In this document: one piece after another, positions 1-9,766 of the stretch
How the letters are laid out: each line of letters opens with the position of its first letter
How positions within the stretch are numbered: the stretch's first letter is position 1
Assembly: GCA_041309365.1 (NCBI GenBank)
Contig: JBFYZU010000055.1
Coordinates: 1-60,244 of the forward strand
Length of the DNA stretch: 60,244 nucleotides
Direction of reading: 5' to 3'
From: Myxococcota bacterium
GTDB lineage: Bacteria > Myxococcota_A > Polyangia > DRWM01
The notes under the pieces: generated by a model
What the model was told of the DNA's origin: nothing
Database searches by the model: none
Seen by the model: the letters and a program-made list of their open reading frames with translations, nothing else
Translations under genes and position numbers: made by a program

Positions 1-243
1 ATCCCCCTTGCCGACCTGTACGAGAAGCGCGGCCGGTTGCGAGAGGCCTCGGATCTGTACCGTCACCTGGCCAATGGGCCGGACCCGGCCGGTCACCTCC
101 TTTACAACTTTGAGGCCGCACGTCTCCTGGCCGCCCAGGACGAGAACGAGCTCGCACGCTCCTACCTGGCGCGCGCGAGAGAGCTCGTGTCCGGCGACAC
201 GAGCCTCGTCGCGGCAATCGACGATCTGGCGCAAAAGCTGTGA
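1..243 (+). CDS. C-terminal fragment of a TPR-like helical protein (5' end outside window)
   Basis: Frame 1 is open from base 1 (IPLADLYEKRGRLREASDLYRHLA...) to TGA at 241-243. The tail is an A/L/E/R-rich helical repeat. Its stop overlaps the next start (GTGA). Confidence 0.5.
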   Translation: MPLADLYEKRGRLREASDLYRHLANGPDPAGHLLYNFEAARLLAAQDENELARSYLARARELVSGDTSLVAAIDDLAQKL

Positions 244-908
244 ACCACCCTGCCAGGGCGCCCGCGCTCGATCGGCTGCTGCCTGTCCTGGAGAGTCGCG
301 TGGGGCATCTCATGGCCGGCGTGCGCTCGAGCCACGCAATGGACCACGTGCTGCGCGTCAGGAGCCTCGCTCTCCACCTGGGTCTGCGCGAGGGAGCCAG
401 GCTGGATGTGGTCGAGGCGGCCGCGCTGCTGCACGACGTGGGCCGGCAGGCAGAGGAAGACTCGGGGGGACGGATCTGTCACGCCTCGGCGGGGGCGGTC
501 ATCGCCTCGCAGCTGCTCTGCGAGCTGGGCGTCGATCCGGAGCTCGTAAGCGACGTCGTGCACTGCGTGTCCACTCATCGCTTCCGCGGCCAGGCCAGGC
601 CTGCCAGCCTCGAGGCCATGGTCCTGTTCGACGCGGACAAGCTCGACTCCATCGGAGCGGTTGGACTTGGACGGGCCTTCCTCTTCGCCGGCGAGGTGGG
701 AGCCCGCCTGTACAATCCCGAGGTGAATCCGCAGGATCACCCGGACAGGGGCCCCGAGGACAGCGCCCTGCGCGAGTTCGTCGTCAAGCTCAGGTACGTG
801 AAAGACAGGATGTTCACGCCCACGGGTCGAGCCATCGCCGCTGGCCGGCACGCGTTCATGGAAATCTTCTTCGAGCAGATGGACGCCGAGGTGCGAGCCG
901 CGCGCTAG
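240..908 (+). CDS. HD-domain metal-dependent phosphohydrolase
   Basis: 222-aa ORF with the H...HD signature (AALLHDVGR) plus later conserved His (CVSTHRF) and Asp (LFDADKLDSIG). GTG start overlaps the upstream stop. Confidence 0.8.
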   Translation: MNHPARAPALDRLLPVLESRVGHLMAGVRSSHAMDHVLRVRSLALHLGLREGARLDVVEAAALLHDVGRQAEEDSGGRICHASAGAVIASQLLCELGVDPELVSDVVHCVSTHRFRGQARPASLEAMVLFDADKLDSIGAVGLGRAFLFAGEVGARLYNPEVNPQDHPDRGPEDSALREFVVKLRYVKDRMFTPTGRAIAAGRHAFMEIFFEQMDAEVRAAR

Positions 909-957
909 GGTCCTTCACCCATGAGATGACCGGCAGGCACGTCGTGCCAGAAAGCCG

Positions 958-1329
958 TCAGAACTCCTCCTCCTCCTCGGCTTCCTCTTCCTCGAAGGAT
1001 TCGTCCTCGATGTCGTCCTCGATGCTCTCCTCGTCCTCGGCTTCTTCTTCCTCTGTCTCGAAGGAAAGATCGATCCCTATCTCCCCCAGCCGCTCCGCGA
1101 GCAACTCGAGCAGCTCGTCGGACTCCTCCTCGCTCCACTCCTCGATGACCTGGTCGAGGAAATCGAGGAAGTCGTCGGTGTCGAGCCGCCTCTCGATCTC
1201 CTCCACCTGATCCTCGCTGAACATCTCGATGAGGTCGTCGCGGAAAGCCGAGCTGTCCCCGTCCTCCATGGCATCCTCGATGGATTGCCTTAGGGTCCGG
1301 AGGCTCCGTCTATCGAAGAAGATCCGCAT
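958..1329 (-). CDS. small extremely acidic hypothetical protein (poly-Glu tail ending in Phe)
   Basis: ATG at 1329 is preceded by AAGAGG. The 123-aa product MRIFFDRRSL...EEEAEEEEEF has high GC3 and no recognisable family. Confidence 0.6.
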   Translation of the reverse strand: MRIFFDRRSLRTLRQSIEDAMEDGDSSAFRDDLIEMFSEDQVEEIERRLDTDDFLDFLDQVIEEWSEEESDELLELLAERLGEIGIDLSFETEEEEAEDEESIEDDIEDESFEEEEAEEEEEF

Positions 1330-1444
1330 GTTACACAAACCTCTTTGTGGCGATCGTGGTGCTTCGGATCCCTGCGAAGTAGCATCCGGTTTCTCGGCGT
1401 GTCAAGCTTTTTTTAGCCTGGCGGTGTAGACTGTCTGGCCGGGC

Positions 1445-2167
1445 ATGGATCGAACGGGCACAGGGCAGACGGGCAGATCCGCCGGGACGCGGTGCGTGAA
1501 GTCGCCCGCCACGTGGCCTCTGCCCGTGTTCGGGCTGACAGGTTGCATCGGGAGCGGCAAGAGCACCCTCGCCCGCAAGCTCGCTCTCATGGGGGCAGGC
1601 GTCATCGATGCGGACCGCACCGGCCACAGGCTCCTCTCCCGGGGCAGGCCCTGTCACCGGCTCGTCGTGAAGCGCTTCGGTACGGGCGTGCTGCTTAAAG
1701 GGGGTCGCATCGACAGGAGCGCCCTGGCGAGAGTGGTCTTCGAGGACGTGCAGGCCCGTCGAGATCTGGAGGCGATCCTGCACCCTGCCATCATGGCCGC
1801 CGTGCTGAGGCGCGTGCGCAGGATGGCCCGGGTCTCGCCCTGCATCGTGATCCTGGAGGCCGCTCTTCTGGTGCAGAGCGGCTGGCACGCCCTGGTCGAC
1901 GACGTCATATGGGTCGAGGCACGAGAGGAGCTCGTGCTCGAGCGTCTCCGGAACGGTAGGGGCATGGCAACCAGCGCGGCCCTCTCCCGTCTCAAGGCCC
2001 AGGCCTCGCGGCGCGATCCATCGGGGTTCGCTCGCTGGGTGGTCGATAACGACGGGTCCTTGCGGGATCTGGACAGGAAGGCCACCTGGCTGTGGAGCGA
2101 GCTCTCGGGTCACCCTGCCTCCCGCAGGCTTGGTGGCACTGGTGCCGGCCGGCCTCGTGGGCTATGA
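1445..2167 (+). CDS. coaE: dephospho-CoA kinase
   Basis: P-loop FGLTGCIGSGKST is followed by GAGVIDAD, which is typical for CoaE. The start is ambiguous (ATG 1445, GTG 1496 or GTG 1526). The stop overlaps the next ATG (ATGA at 2164). Confidence 0.85.
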   Translation: MDRTGTGQTGRSAGTRCVKSPATWPLPVFGLTGCIGSGKSTLARKLALMGAGVIDADRTGHRLLSRGRPCHRLVVKRFGTGVLLKGGRIDRSALARVVFEDVQARRDLEAILHPAIMAAVLRRVRRMARVSPCIVILEAALLVQSGWHALVDDVIWVEAREELVLERLRNGRGMATSAALSRLKAQASRRDPSGFARWVVDNDGSLRDLDRKATWLWSELSGHPASRRLGGTGAGRPRGL

Positions 2168-3246
2168 TCGAACCTCCCATGTCCGGTACCGTGGCTCGCG
2201 CTTCGCTGGTGACTGGCTACCCATCTCCGGTGGCACGTCACCTGGCCGGTCTCATCGTGGGGCGCGGGGGACGGGTGGCTCTCATCGTCCGGGCACGCGA
2301 TCTGCGGGTCGCCGAGCGATGGGCCCAGACACTCGGCAACGCGTCCCGGGTGCACCAGGGAGATCCCGGAGCCGTGGATCTCGGGCTGGCTGGACCGCTG
2401 GCCGCGGCGCTGCAGCGCGATCTGGACGCGTTCTATCACCTGGAGCCACCGCCGCTGTTCGGGCGCTCCTCGCGGCCCCTGCGGGCAGCCAGGGAGGTCG
2501 TTGCCTTCGCAGCTGGCACGACTCCGCCAGCGCGCGTGGTGGCCCTCTCTCGCATCCCCATGGGCGAGGGTCACGCCTACCGCCCCGGTTCCCCGGCCGG
2601 CGTGCTCAGGACACGCGCGGTCACCGAGCGATCGGGCCTCGAACGCGTCCTGTCCGGTCGCGGGGCCTCGCTGGGGGCCTCTGTGCTGAGCACGGGAGTT
2701 CCCGTGGATCCGGAAGGCCCCTGGAGCGGCTCTCCCGAGGGAAAGCTGTTGCACGTGCTCGTGCTCATGCACCTGAGCGTGGACATCCGCCGTCTGCGCT
2801 CGGTGGCCTCGCGCAGGCTGGTGCTCACCTCCGCCTCGATGACGGCCCGCGTTGCCCTGGCCGTGGGCTCGGGCGACATGCCCGGCGTCGTGCACCTCGA
2901 TCTCGGCGACGTGCGCGCCCCAACACTCGCCGCTATCGACCGGTCGCTGCCCGACCTTCTGGGGACGATCCCGGAGGTGGATGCGGAGTTTCTCAGCACC
3001 TGCCGGCGCAACGCCGAGGCCATCGCCGGCCGCTGGACCGGGGGAGAGGATCCCGTGGACGTGCTCGCCTCGTTCACGGTCAACGAGCCCAGGGGAGACG
3101 GGGAAAGGGTGGCTCGCGACCTGGATCTCGAGTTTCTGCCCACGATGGACGTGCTGGCCGCGTGTCTGCGATCCGTGGTGCAAGACATGCGCGCGGACAT
3201 CCGCACCGAGCTCGAGGCCGAGACGCGGGATGCGCTCCTGAAGTGA
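2164..3246 (+). CDS. Rossmann-like (SDR/epimerase-related) protein with degenerate nucleotide-binding motif
   Basis: ATG 2164 overlaps the coaE stop. The N-terminus SLVTGYPSPVARHLAG sits where SDRs carry TGxxGxxG, but the glycines are lost. High GC3. Confidence 0.5.
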   Translation: MIEPPMSGTVARASLVTGYPSPVARHLAGLIVGRGGRVALIVRARDLRVAERWAQTLGNASRVHQGDPGAVDLGLAGPLAAALQRDLDAFYHLEPPPLFGRSSRPLRAAREVVAFAAGTTPPARVVALSRIPMGEGHAYRPGSPAGVLRTRAVTERSGLERVLSGRGASLGASVLSTGVPVDPEGPWSGSPEGKLLHVLVLMHLSVDIRRLRSVASRRLVLTSASMTARVALAVGSGDMPGVVHLDLGDVRAPTLAAIDRSLPDLLGTIPEVDAEFLSTCRRNAEAIAGRWTGGEDPVDVLASFTVNEPRGDGERVARDLDLEFLPTMDVLAACLRSVVQDMRADIRTELEAETRDALLK

Positions 3247-3265
3247 CGATCGGGCCTGGACGGGC

Positions 3266-4558
3266 TCAGCTTCCCTGGCTCGCCCAGATGGACTCGACGA
3301 TGTCGGCGAGGTCCACGCCCTGGTCATCCACCACCCCTTCCACGAAAAGCACCTGGACCGAACGGCGCTCCACCACGATGAGCTCCCCTCCACCGGTACG
3401 GACGGCCTCGATTCCCCCCATGTCCACCGTTACCGAGCCGGGGTAGCGGGACTCGAGGTACGAGCCGAGTGCCTGCTCGAACTGCTCTGCATGGATCGTT
3501 TCGGCTTGCTCCAAACCACGGTCCCAACTTGTGAGTAAGATGAAGACGCCCCGGTCTTGATGCGATGCCTTCACGTCGGATGAGACCGGCCACAGCAGCA
3601 TGTACCTGTCCCCTCCCCATCCTTCGGCTGCGGTCCCGGCCGAAGCAGGGTCAATCCACGTCTCGAGCCAGGACCTCAGGGCGTACTCGCCCATGACATC
3701 GTCTCCCGCATCGCGGTAGAGGAGCGACAGGGTCGGTGGCACCGTGAACCCCACCTTCATCGGGGGATCCACGTGTAACTTCTCGGGATGCATCACCTGC
3801 TCGGTGGATGCGGGCGGGTTCACGAACAGGTCGTTGATGGCCGCCATGCCACCTTTCTCGAAGGCCCGCCGCACGAGCACGAGGCCGTGGACGTAGGGAA
3901 AGAGCAGGGCGGCCCTGATGAAGGCGGGTGCCTTGAGGAAGGGGTCGCCGGGTTCTGTCGTGAGCTGCATCATCGCCATGATGTCCGCCGCCGAGGTGTC
4001 TGCGGGCAAGAGGACGCCTCCGAGCAGCTGCTCCATGAGCAAGGCGTCTCCCTCGCAGACCGCCTGGAGCCCCGCGCGAAGGTCCGCCTCGCCCGGCCTG
4101 CGAGCCAGCCTGTCGCCGATGTCGAAGCTCGCGTCCTGCACCGCGTGGGTCAGCTCGTGCGCCAGCACCTCGTGCATCATCGCGCCCGGCGTCCCATCCA
4201 GCACGAGCAGCTCGTCGTGGCGCGGATCGTAGAGCCCCACCACCTGCTCTAGCAGCACGGAGTAGACGACCTCCTCGTAGCAGGTCCCCGCCGGAAGAAG
4301 CCCGAGCCTCGTGAGAAGCCTCCCCTCGTCCACCAGCGACTGCGCATCGTAGTCCTGCATGATGAGCTCGCAGAGCCTCTCCCTGAGCTTGCCGGGGGCC
4401 AGCACGGTCGTTGCGATGTGACCGGGCGCGGCCACGCCGTGGGCCTGTGCGATCTCGGACGCGAGGGCATCGATCTCCTGCTCGGAGACGGATGAAGACG
4501 AGGCGGCCACGAGCAGGATCGACAAAAAAAAGACACCGGCGAGGGCTCTTGCTAGCAT
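3266..4558 (-). CDS. secreted HExxH zinc-metalloprotease-like protein
   Basis: Signal peptide MLARALAGVFFLSILLVAASSSS and motif HEVLAHELTHAVQD (HExxH). An alternative GTG start lies at 4579. Confidence 0.65.
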   Translation of the reverse strand: MLARALAGVFFLSILLVAASSSSVSEQEIDALASEIAQAHGVAAPGHIATTVLAPGKLRERLCELIMQDYDAQSLVDEGRLLTRLGLLPAGTCYEEVVYSVLLEQVVGLYDPRHDELLVLDGTPGAMMHEVLAHELTHAVQDASFDIGDRLARRPGEADLRAGLQAVCEGDALLMEQLLGGVLLPADTSAADIMAMMQLTTEPGDPFLKAPAFIRAALLFPYVHGLVLVRRAFEKGGMAAINDLFVNPPASTEQVMHPEKLHVDPPMKVGFTVPPTLSLLYRDAGDDVMGEYALRSWLETWIDPASAGTAAEGWGGDRYMLLWPVSSDVKASHQDRGVFILLTSWDRGLEQAETIHAEQFEQALGSYLESRYPGSVTVDMGGIEAVRTGGGELIVVERRSVQVLFVEGVVDDQGVDLADIVESIWASQGS

Positions 4559-4600
4559 TTTGTCTGCGGGGATCAACACGCCGGCGCCGGACGGGGTGGG

Positions 4601-6304
4601 TCAGTCGCAGGCGTCGTGCGACGCCAAAGGCGAGCCATAGCTCGAGGTGGCGCCCGTCCACATGTTGCCAGCCGCGCACCAGCTTCCCACCACGTCGTTG
4701 GTGGTGGCGTCGGGAGCCACGGATACGCTCATGGAGTATCCGGCGTAGATGGGCCACGAGGCCGCGTTCCACGACACGTCGTCGATGACCGTGGCCCCCC
4801 TGGAGACGCTCAGGGAGTCAGTCCCGGTCTGCTCGAAGGAGATCCCCGAGTACACGAAGTCCGGGGTCGGCAGGTGGTCGTTGGTGGCGTCGTCCGAGCT
4901 GGCTGCCAAAAGCACGTAGCCGCCGGCGTCCACCAGAAGAACGGAGTCGATGGTGTCGGTCTCGCCCGAGCCGCTGTCGATGACGAGGCCGTTCAGGTTG
5001 GCCTGCATGGTGCCGGGGTTGTGGATCTCGAACCACTCGCCGCCCGGGTCCGTGGTGGGCTGCACCATGATCTCCGTTATCACCAGGTCTCCGGCTGCCA
5101 GCGGTGTGACCGTGACAGTCTCCGTGTCCGTATCGTTGCCGTGGATGTTGGTTGCCGTGATGGTGTACGTGGTGGTCGCCGTGGGAGTGACCGTTGCCGA
5201 CCCATCGGCGGTGAAGCTCCCGGGCAAACTGGCATCCGCAGGCACGGCCGTGATCTCCACCGTCGTGGCGAGCGTCGTGGTCCAGCTCAAGGTGGTCAAG
5301 GTGCCGGGACGTATCCCCGTGGGCGCAGCGGTGAAGCTGTCCACGGTCGGTGGAGTGGGTACGCTCACGACGCTGATCGAGCGCGTGGAAACGATGGCCC
5401 CTCCAGGGCCCCATGCCGTGAGAACGAAGGACTGGGTGAATGTGGGGCTCAGCACCTCGGCACCCACGCACACCATGTCCACGCAGTACTGCGGGCCGAC
5501 GGTGGGCTGGATCTCCACCTGGTCGGCGTTGCTCACCTCCCAGCGCAGGGTCGTGGTGGAGCCGACCATGATCTCCTCGTCGTCGAATTCGAACTGGATC
5601 ACGTGGGGCAGATCGATGGAGGTGACGCCCACCGAGGTCTCCCTGTACTCGAGCACCGCCCCTGTCTCGTCCTTGAGCTCGGCCGAGTAACCGGTGTGCC
5701 CGTCGATGCACAGGATGGAGGCCGCGGTGCAGGAGGCTGCCGTGAAAGAGCCGCTCGTGAGCACGGAGGCCGCGGCGAAGGTCTGGGTCAAGGCCGTGCC
5801 CGTGCCCGAAAGGTCGGCCAGCGTCAGGCTCCAGCCGGCGCCCACGTCCTTCACGGAGAACTTGATGGTGGCGGGATCCCCGGGTTGCACGTAGGCCGGA
5901 TCCGGGTAGAGCGACTCGATGTGACGACCTTCCGGAATGTCCACGTCGATGCTGACCGCGCTCTCGACGGGCTCGTGGTCAGAGTTCGTGTTGTAGGCGA
6001 TGAGCACCAGGTCGAGGCTCGCGTGGGCCCTGTACTCCATGTTCCCCGTCATCACCTGCTCGGTCTGGTAGAGCGGCAGGAGCACTTCCGAGATCGTGCG
6101 CTCGAACAGGGCGACCCGGTTGGCATTGCTCGTGTCCCAGCCGACCAGGATCGTCTGACCGGGCTCGGCAATCGTGGGACTGGCAAAAAACTGGATGATC
6201 TCGGGGGCCTTCCTGTTGACCGTCGCTCCCGTGTCGCTACCGCAGGCAGTCACGAGTGACAGCGCCGAGGCGAGGACCGCTATCCTTTTCACGCTAACGG
6301 GCAT
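4601..6304 (-). CDS. lipoprotein with tandem Ig-like modules and C-terminal lamin-tail domain (LTD)
   Basis: ATG 6304 follows AAGGAGG. Lipobox LSLVTAC is followed by about 4 repeated ~100-aa beta modules. The C-terminal GDLVITEIMVQPTTDPGGEWFEIHNPG is LTD-like. Confidence 0.7.
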   Translation of the reverse strand: MPVSVKRIAVLASALSLVTACGSDTGATVNRKAPEIIQFFASPTIAEPGQTILVGWDTSNANRVALFERTISEVLLPLYQTEQVMTGNMEYRAHASLDLVLIAYNTNSDHEPVESAVSIDVDIPEGRHIESLYPDPAYVQPGDPATIKFSVKDVGAGWSLTLADLSGTGTALTQTFAAASVLTSGSFTAASCTAASILCIDGHTGYSAELKDETGAVLEYRETSVGVTSIDLPHVIQFEFDDEEIMVGSTTTLRWEVSNADQVEIQPTVGPQYCVDMVCVGAEVLSPTFTQSFVLTAWGPGGAIVSTRSISVVSVPTPPTVDSFTAAPTGIRPGTLTTLSWTTTLATTVEITAVPADASLPGSFTADGSATVTPTATTTYTITATNIHGNDTDTETVTVTPLAAGDLVITEIMVQPTTDPGGEWFEIHNPGTMQANLNGLVIDSGSGETDTIDSVLLVDAGGYVLLAASSDDATNDHLPTPDFVYSGISFEQTGTDSLSVSRGATVIDDVSWNAASWPIYAGYSMSVSVAPDATTNDVVGSWCAAGNMWTGATSSYGSPLASHDACD

Positions 6305-6401
6305 CTTGGAACCTCCTTGGGAAGAGCTGCACGCCAGAGTTCGGCCGGCTACCGGCCTACACATTCGTACCGGTCCTCCATACCCGGTTTTCATCCGGGT
6401 T

Positions 6402-7346
6402 TCAATGGTCGTGTGGCTTGGCACCCGTGCGGCGTGAGTTTTCTGACGGTCGGGGTTCGTCGGCCCAGCGCCGGTGCAGCCACAGCCACGAGTCTGGGTG
6501 GCGCAGGATGAAGGTCGAGAGATCCGAGCTCAGCCTTGCCGTCATGGCACGGATGGCCTCGAAGGCTGATCCGTCCTGCCGTGGTTCCATGGCCGGCGAG
6601 ACTTCGACGATGACCTCTCCTCCCTTTCCGGTCCGTGCTGTCACTTCGAGCACGGGCAGATGGTGGCGCAATGCCAGAGCAGCGCACAGGGTGCTCGTCC
6701 ATGCCGGACAAGACAGGAATGGCACGAGGATCCCGCCCTGCCCGGGGCCTGTCCGTTGATCCGTCATCACGGCCAGGGCGCGGCCTGGGCCGAGGTGCTC
6801 CGCGACGGTCGCGAGGTCTGTGGAGCCGTCGAGGATCCTCAGCCCACCCGCGCGCCTGCTCCGGTTCCACATCCTGTCCGTTGGTCCGTGGGAGAGGTTT
6901 CGGCTCAGCACGGCAAGACGGACCCCCCGGACCTTGGCCGCGAGCGCCGCGAGATCCCAGTTGCCCGTGTGCGAGCACGCCAGGATGGCGCCCCTGTGAC
7001 GGACGTCGAGCCAGTTCGAAAAGCCCTCGAATCGGACGACCCGCAGGATCTCTTCCGCTGTCCGGCCAGGGGCCGTGGCCCATAAAAAGGTGGTGACGTT
7101 GGCGGCCGTGTTCATGAGGATCCTGCAGGTCAAATGCCTGATATCGTGGGGTGATCTTCTCGGAAACACGGTCGAGAGGGCCTTCTCCACCGTGCTGCGC
7201 CGCAGGGGAAGGGCGTGATACCAGATGCGCCCCAGCAACCGGCCGCACGCCGTCGCCTGATCGTGATCCATCTCGCTCGACAGCGCACCGATGGCTCCCA
7301 GGCCTGCGAACGCTGGCCCGAGCACGAGATCGGCCGGCTTCACCAT
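6402..7346 (-). CDS. LpxL/HtrB-family (lysophospholipid / lipid A) acyltransferase
   Basis: HX4D catalytic motif (CSHTGNWD) and the C-terminal HPDSWLWLHRRW, which is typical for this family. Confidence 0.75.
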   Translation of the reverse strand: MVKPADLVLGPAFAGLGAIGALSSEMDHDQATACGRLLGRIWYHALPLRRSTVEKALSTVFPRRSPHDIRHLTCRILMNTAANVTTFLWATAPGRTAEEILRVVRFEGFSNWLDVRHRGAILACSHTGNWDLAALAAKVRGVRLAVLSRNLSHGPTDRMWNRSRRAGGLRILDGSTDLATVAEHLGPGRALAVMTDQRTGPGQGGILVPFLSCPAWTSTLCAALALRHHLPVLEVTARTGKGGEVIVEVSPAMEPRQDGSAFEAIRAMTARLSSDLSTFILRHPDSWLWLHRRWADEPRPSENSRRTGAKPHDH

Positions 7347-7414
7347 TTTCCCCCCCAGAGGAGGCGAGCGTGGCGATCCCTGGACGAGTCATGCCGGTGC
7401 AAGGAATCGACGTT

Positions 7415-9766
7415 TCACTTGATGGTGAAAAGAGCACCCGCGCTCGTGCCGTTGCCGCGGCGATCGTAGGCGCGGACCGTGACCGTGTGCGCACCCGCCT
7501 CCAGCCCGTCGTGGGTGTGCTCGAACTGCTCTTCGATCTCGTCGAAGATGAGGTCCTTGCAGAAGAGCGTGGCGAACGGCCCGCCATCCACCGAGTACTC
7601 GATGAGCGAGATCTCCGAGAACCCGTCCGTGACCTTGCCCTGCATGATGGCAGAGCCCTTCTTGACCTTGACCTCGAGCGATACGGCAGGGGGGTCGTTG
7701 TCCACGAGGAAGGCCCTGGACACGAGCTCGTGAGAAAGGGCCAGGGCCGGGTCATTGACCCCCTCATCGGAGGCTTCCACCTTGATCGTGTAGTATCCGG
7801 CGGGCACGGAGGTCGTATCCCAGGTGAACTCCGGCTTGGTCAGGATCTCGCCCTCATCAAGCATCGGGATCCACTGCGCGGTGCCTTCCTGGGCAAACCA
7901 CAGGCCGAAGCTCAGCTCGTCGCCGTCCGCGTTCTCCACCTTCCACGTGATCTTCACTTCTGCCCTGTTTCCGGCCTTGGCGTCCTTGCTCTTCACGGGG
8001 TTGCCCTTGCCCGTCTTGGGGTCGCTCCCCACGTCGATCTCGGTCACCGTGGCCTGCTGGTTGAGCGGCAGGTAGAAGGTCTGCGCGTTCCACACGCGCG
8101 CGTCCTTGGACACCTCGAGCCTGAACTGCAGGAACCTGGCGTTCGGGCTCGTGACCTGTCCCTGATCCGTCGTCACCGACTTGGACCAGTCGCTCCACGT
8201 GTCGTCGGGATCGGCCGTGTTGCCACTGCGTGTCTGCCAGTTGAACGGGCCCTCGCCTCTGAGCACGAAACGTCCCCAGCGCGCGATGAAACCGGCATCG
8301 AACACCTTGGAGAAATAGTAGGGGTCCGACGGAGGCACGGACAGGACCCTGTGCACGGCGGCCGGATCCGCCGTGCCGAGCACCCCGGCCGTGGCCCCGG
8401 TCTCGAAGGTGAGAACCTGCCGCTCACCCACGTCCAGGATCACCGCGTTTCTGCCTTCGAGATCCACCTCGAGCACACGGCCGCCTGCACCGGTTGCCAC
8501 CTGCACCCCACCCTCCACGGCATGCATGGCGGCCAGGTGCGTCTTCTTTTCCTCGAGGAGCTTTCGGTAGCCACCGTCCGGCAGGATGGCAGCCACCAGC
8601 CCCGATCCCTCGGGGATGCGGATGGCGCTCGACTGTCCCGCCCGATCCGGCTCGGTGAGATCCTTTTTGGATGGCATCGGAACGGAGAAGCTCGGGGGAG
8701 TCTTGAACGAGTTCACCGCGGCCACGATGGCTGGCTGGTCATTGCCCTTCACGGGCACCAGGGCCAGCGCCTTGATCTCGGTGCCGTCGAAGTCCCATAC
8801 CGTCTCCACCTTTCCTGGACCCTCGATGCGCAGCACCCTGGCCCCGTTGGCCGTTCCGGCCAGGATCGCCCCGTCTGACATCAGCGCCAGGCTCATGATG
8901 TGCTGCTCGTCCGTGTCGGCCAGCACCGTGGCGTGGCCCGAGGGGTCCACGGCGTACACGATTCCCTCTGGCCCCGTGCCAGCGTACAGCGTCTTTTTCT
9001 TTGCGTCGAAGGCCAGCGCCCACACGTGCTCCGCGTCCGGCAACGACACCCAGTGGCCCGGCCCTTTGGGCTTCTCTGCGTCCTTGGCGTCGCCGGAGTC
9101 CTTGCCGGCATCGGCCTTGGTGTCACCCGCATCCTGCTTCTTCTCGCCCGCCTTGCCCTCGACCTTCGTGCTGCCAAGGTCCTGCTTCTTGGTGTCCGCC
9201 TCGTCCTTTTCCTTGTCTTTTTCCTTGCTCTTCGTCTTGCCCTTCTCCTTGTCCGCCTCGAGGACCTTCCCGGGCTCCCACTTGACCTTGGGAGCACCGG
9301 CCTGGGCGTCCTTGGCCATCTGTGCCAGCGTGGAGGCGCCGAACCGCAGGATCGATCCACCCGGCAGGGTGCCCGCGTACAGGTTCCCTTCGTTATCCGT
9401 GGCCAGGGCCGTGAGCACGACGGCATCGGTCTTGACGAGGTCGAGCAGGCTGTCGCCGCGAAGCAGCCACAAGCCACCTTCGTTGCCCGTGCCCAGGTAG
9501 ACGTCCGTGCCCAGCGTCGTGCTCGACCACACCGAGGCCGTCTGGGGCACCTCGGCACGCAGAGTGCTCAGCCCGATGGTCAGCTCTCCCGTGGAGTCGA
9601 CCTGCGTTCCCTCGAAGGTTCCCTCGGCGAACCCTTCGTAGGTGCCCACCTCCCAGACCTGCGTGCTGGTGCCGTCTGCAGGGGGTGTCACCGAGAACAC
9701 GGCGACGAGCACGGCCATGGCGGCCCTCAGAGCGACTCTGCCTGGTTGCATTGCGGTGTGCCTCAT
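7415..9766 (-). CDS. secreted beta-propeller protein with C-terminal Ig-like domains
   Basis: Signal peptide plus repeated blades (GNLYAGTLPGGSIL, TLYAGTGPEGIVYAV, GAILAGTANGARVL). Its ATG overlaps the upstream gene's stop (ATGA at 9763-9766). Confidence 0.7.
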   Translation of the reverse strand: MRHTAMQPGRVALRAAMAVLVAVFSVTPPADGTSTQVWEVGTYEGFAEGTFEGTQVDSTGELTIGLSTLRAEVPQTASVWSSTTLGTDVYLGTGNEGGLWLLRGDSLLDLVKTDAVVLTALATDNEGNLYAGTLPGGSILRFGASTLAQMAKDAQAGAPKVKWEPGKVLEADKEKGKTKSKEKDKEKDEADTKKQDLGSTKVEGKAGEKKQDAGDTKADAGKDSGDAKDAEKPKGPGHWVSLPDAEHVWALAFDAKKKTLYAGTGPEGIVYAVDPSGHATVLADTDEQHIMSLALMSDGAILAGTANGARVLRIEGPGKVETVWDFDGTEIKALALVPVKGNDQPAIVAAVNSFKTPPSFSVPMPSKKDLTEPDRAGQSSAIRIPEGSGLVAAILPDGGYRKLLEEKKTHLAAMHAVEGGVQVATGAGGRVLEVDLEGRNAVILDVGERQVLTFETGATAGVLGTADPAAVHRVLSVPPSDPYYFSKVFDAGFIARWGRFVLRGEGPFNWQTRSGNTADPDDTWSDWSKSVTTDQGQVTSPNARFLQFRLEVSKDARVWNAQTFYLPLNQQATVTEIDVGSDPKTGKGNPVKSKDAKAGNRAEVKITWKVENADGDELSFGLWFAQEGTAQWIPMLDEGEILTKPEFTWDTTSVPAGYYTIKVEASDEGVNDPALALSHELVSRAFLVDNDPPAVSLEVKVKKGSAIMQGKVTDGFSEISLIEYSVDGGPFATLFCKDLIFDEIEEQFEHTHDGLEAGAHTVTVRAYDRRGNGTSAGALFTIK

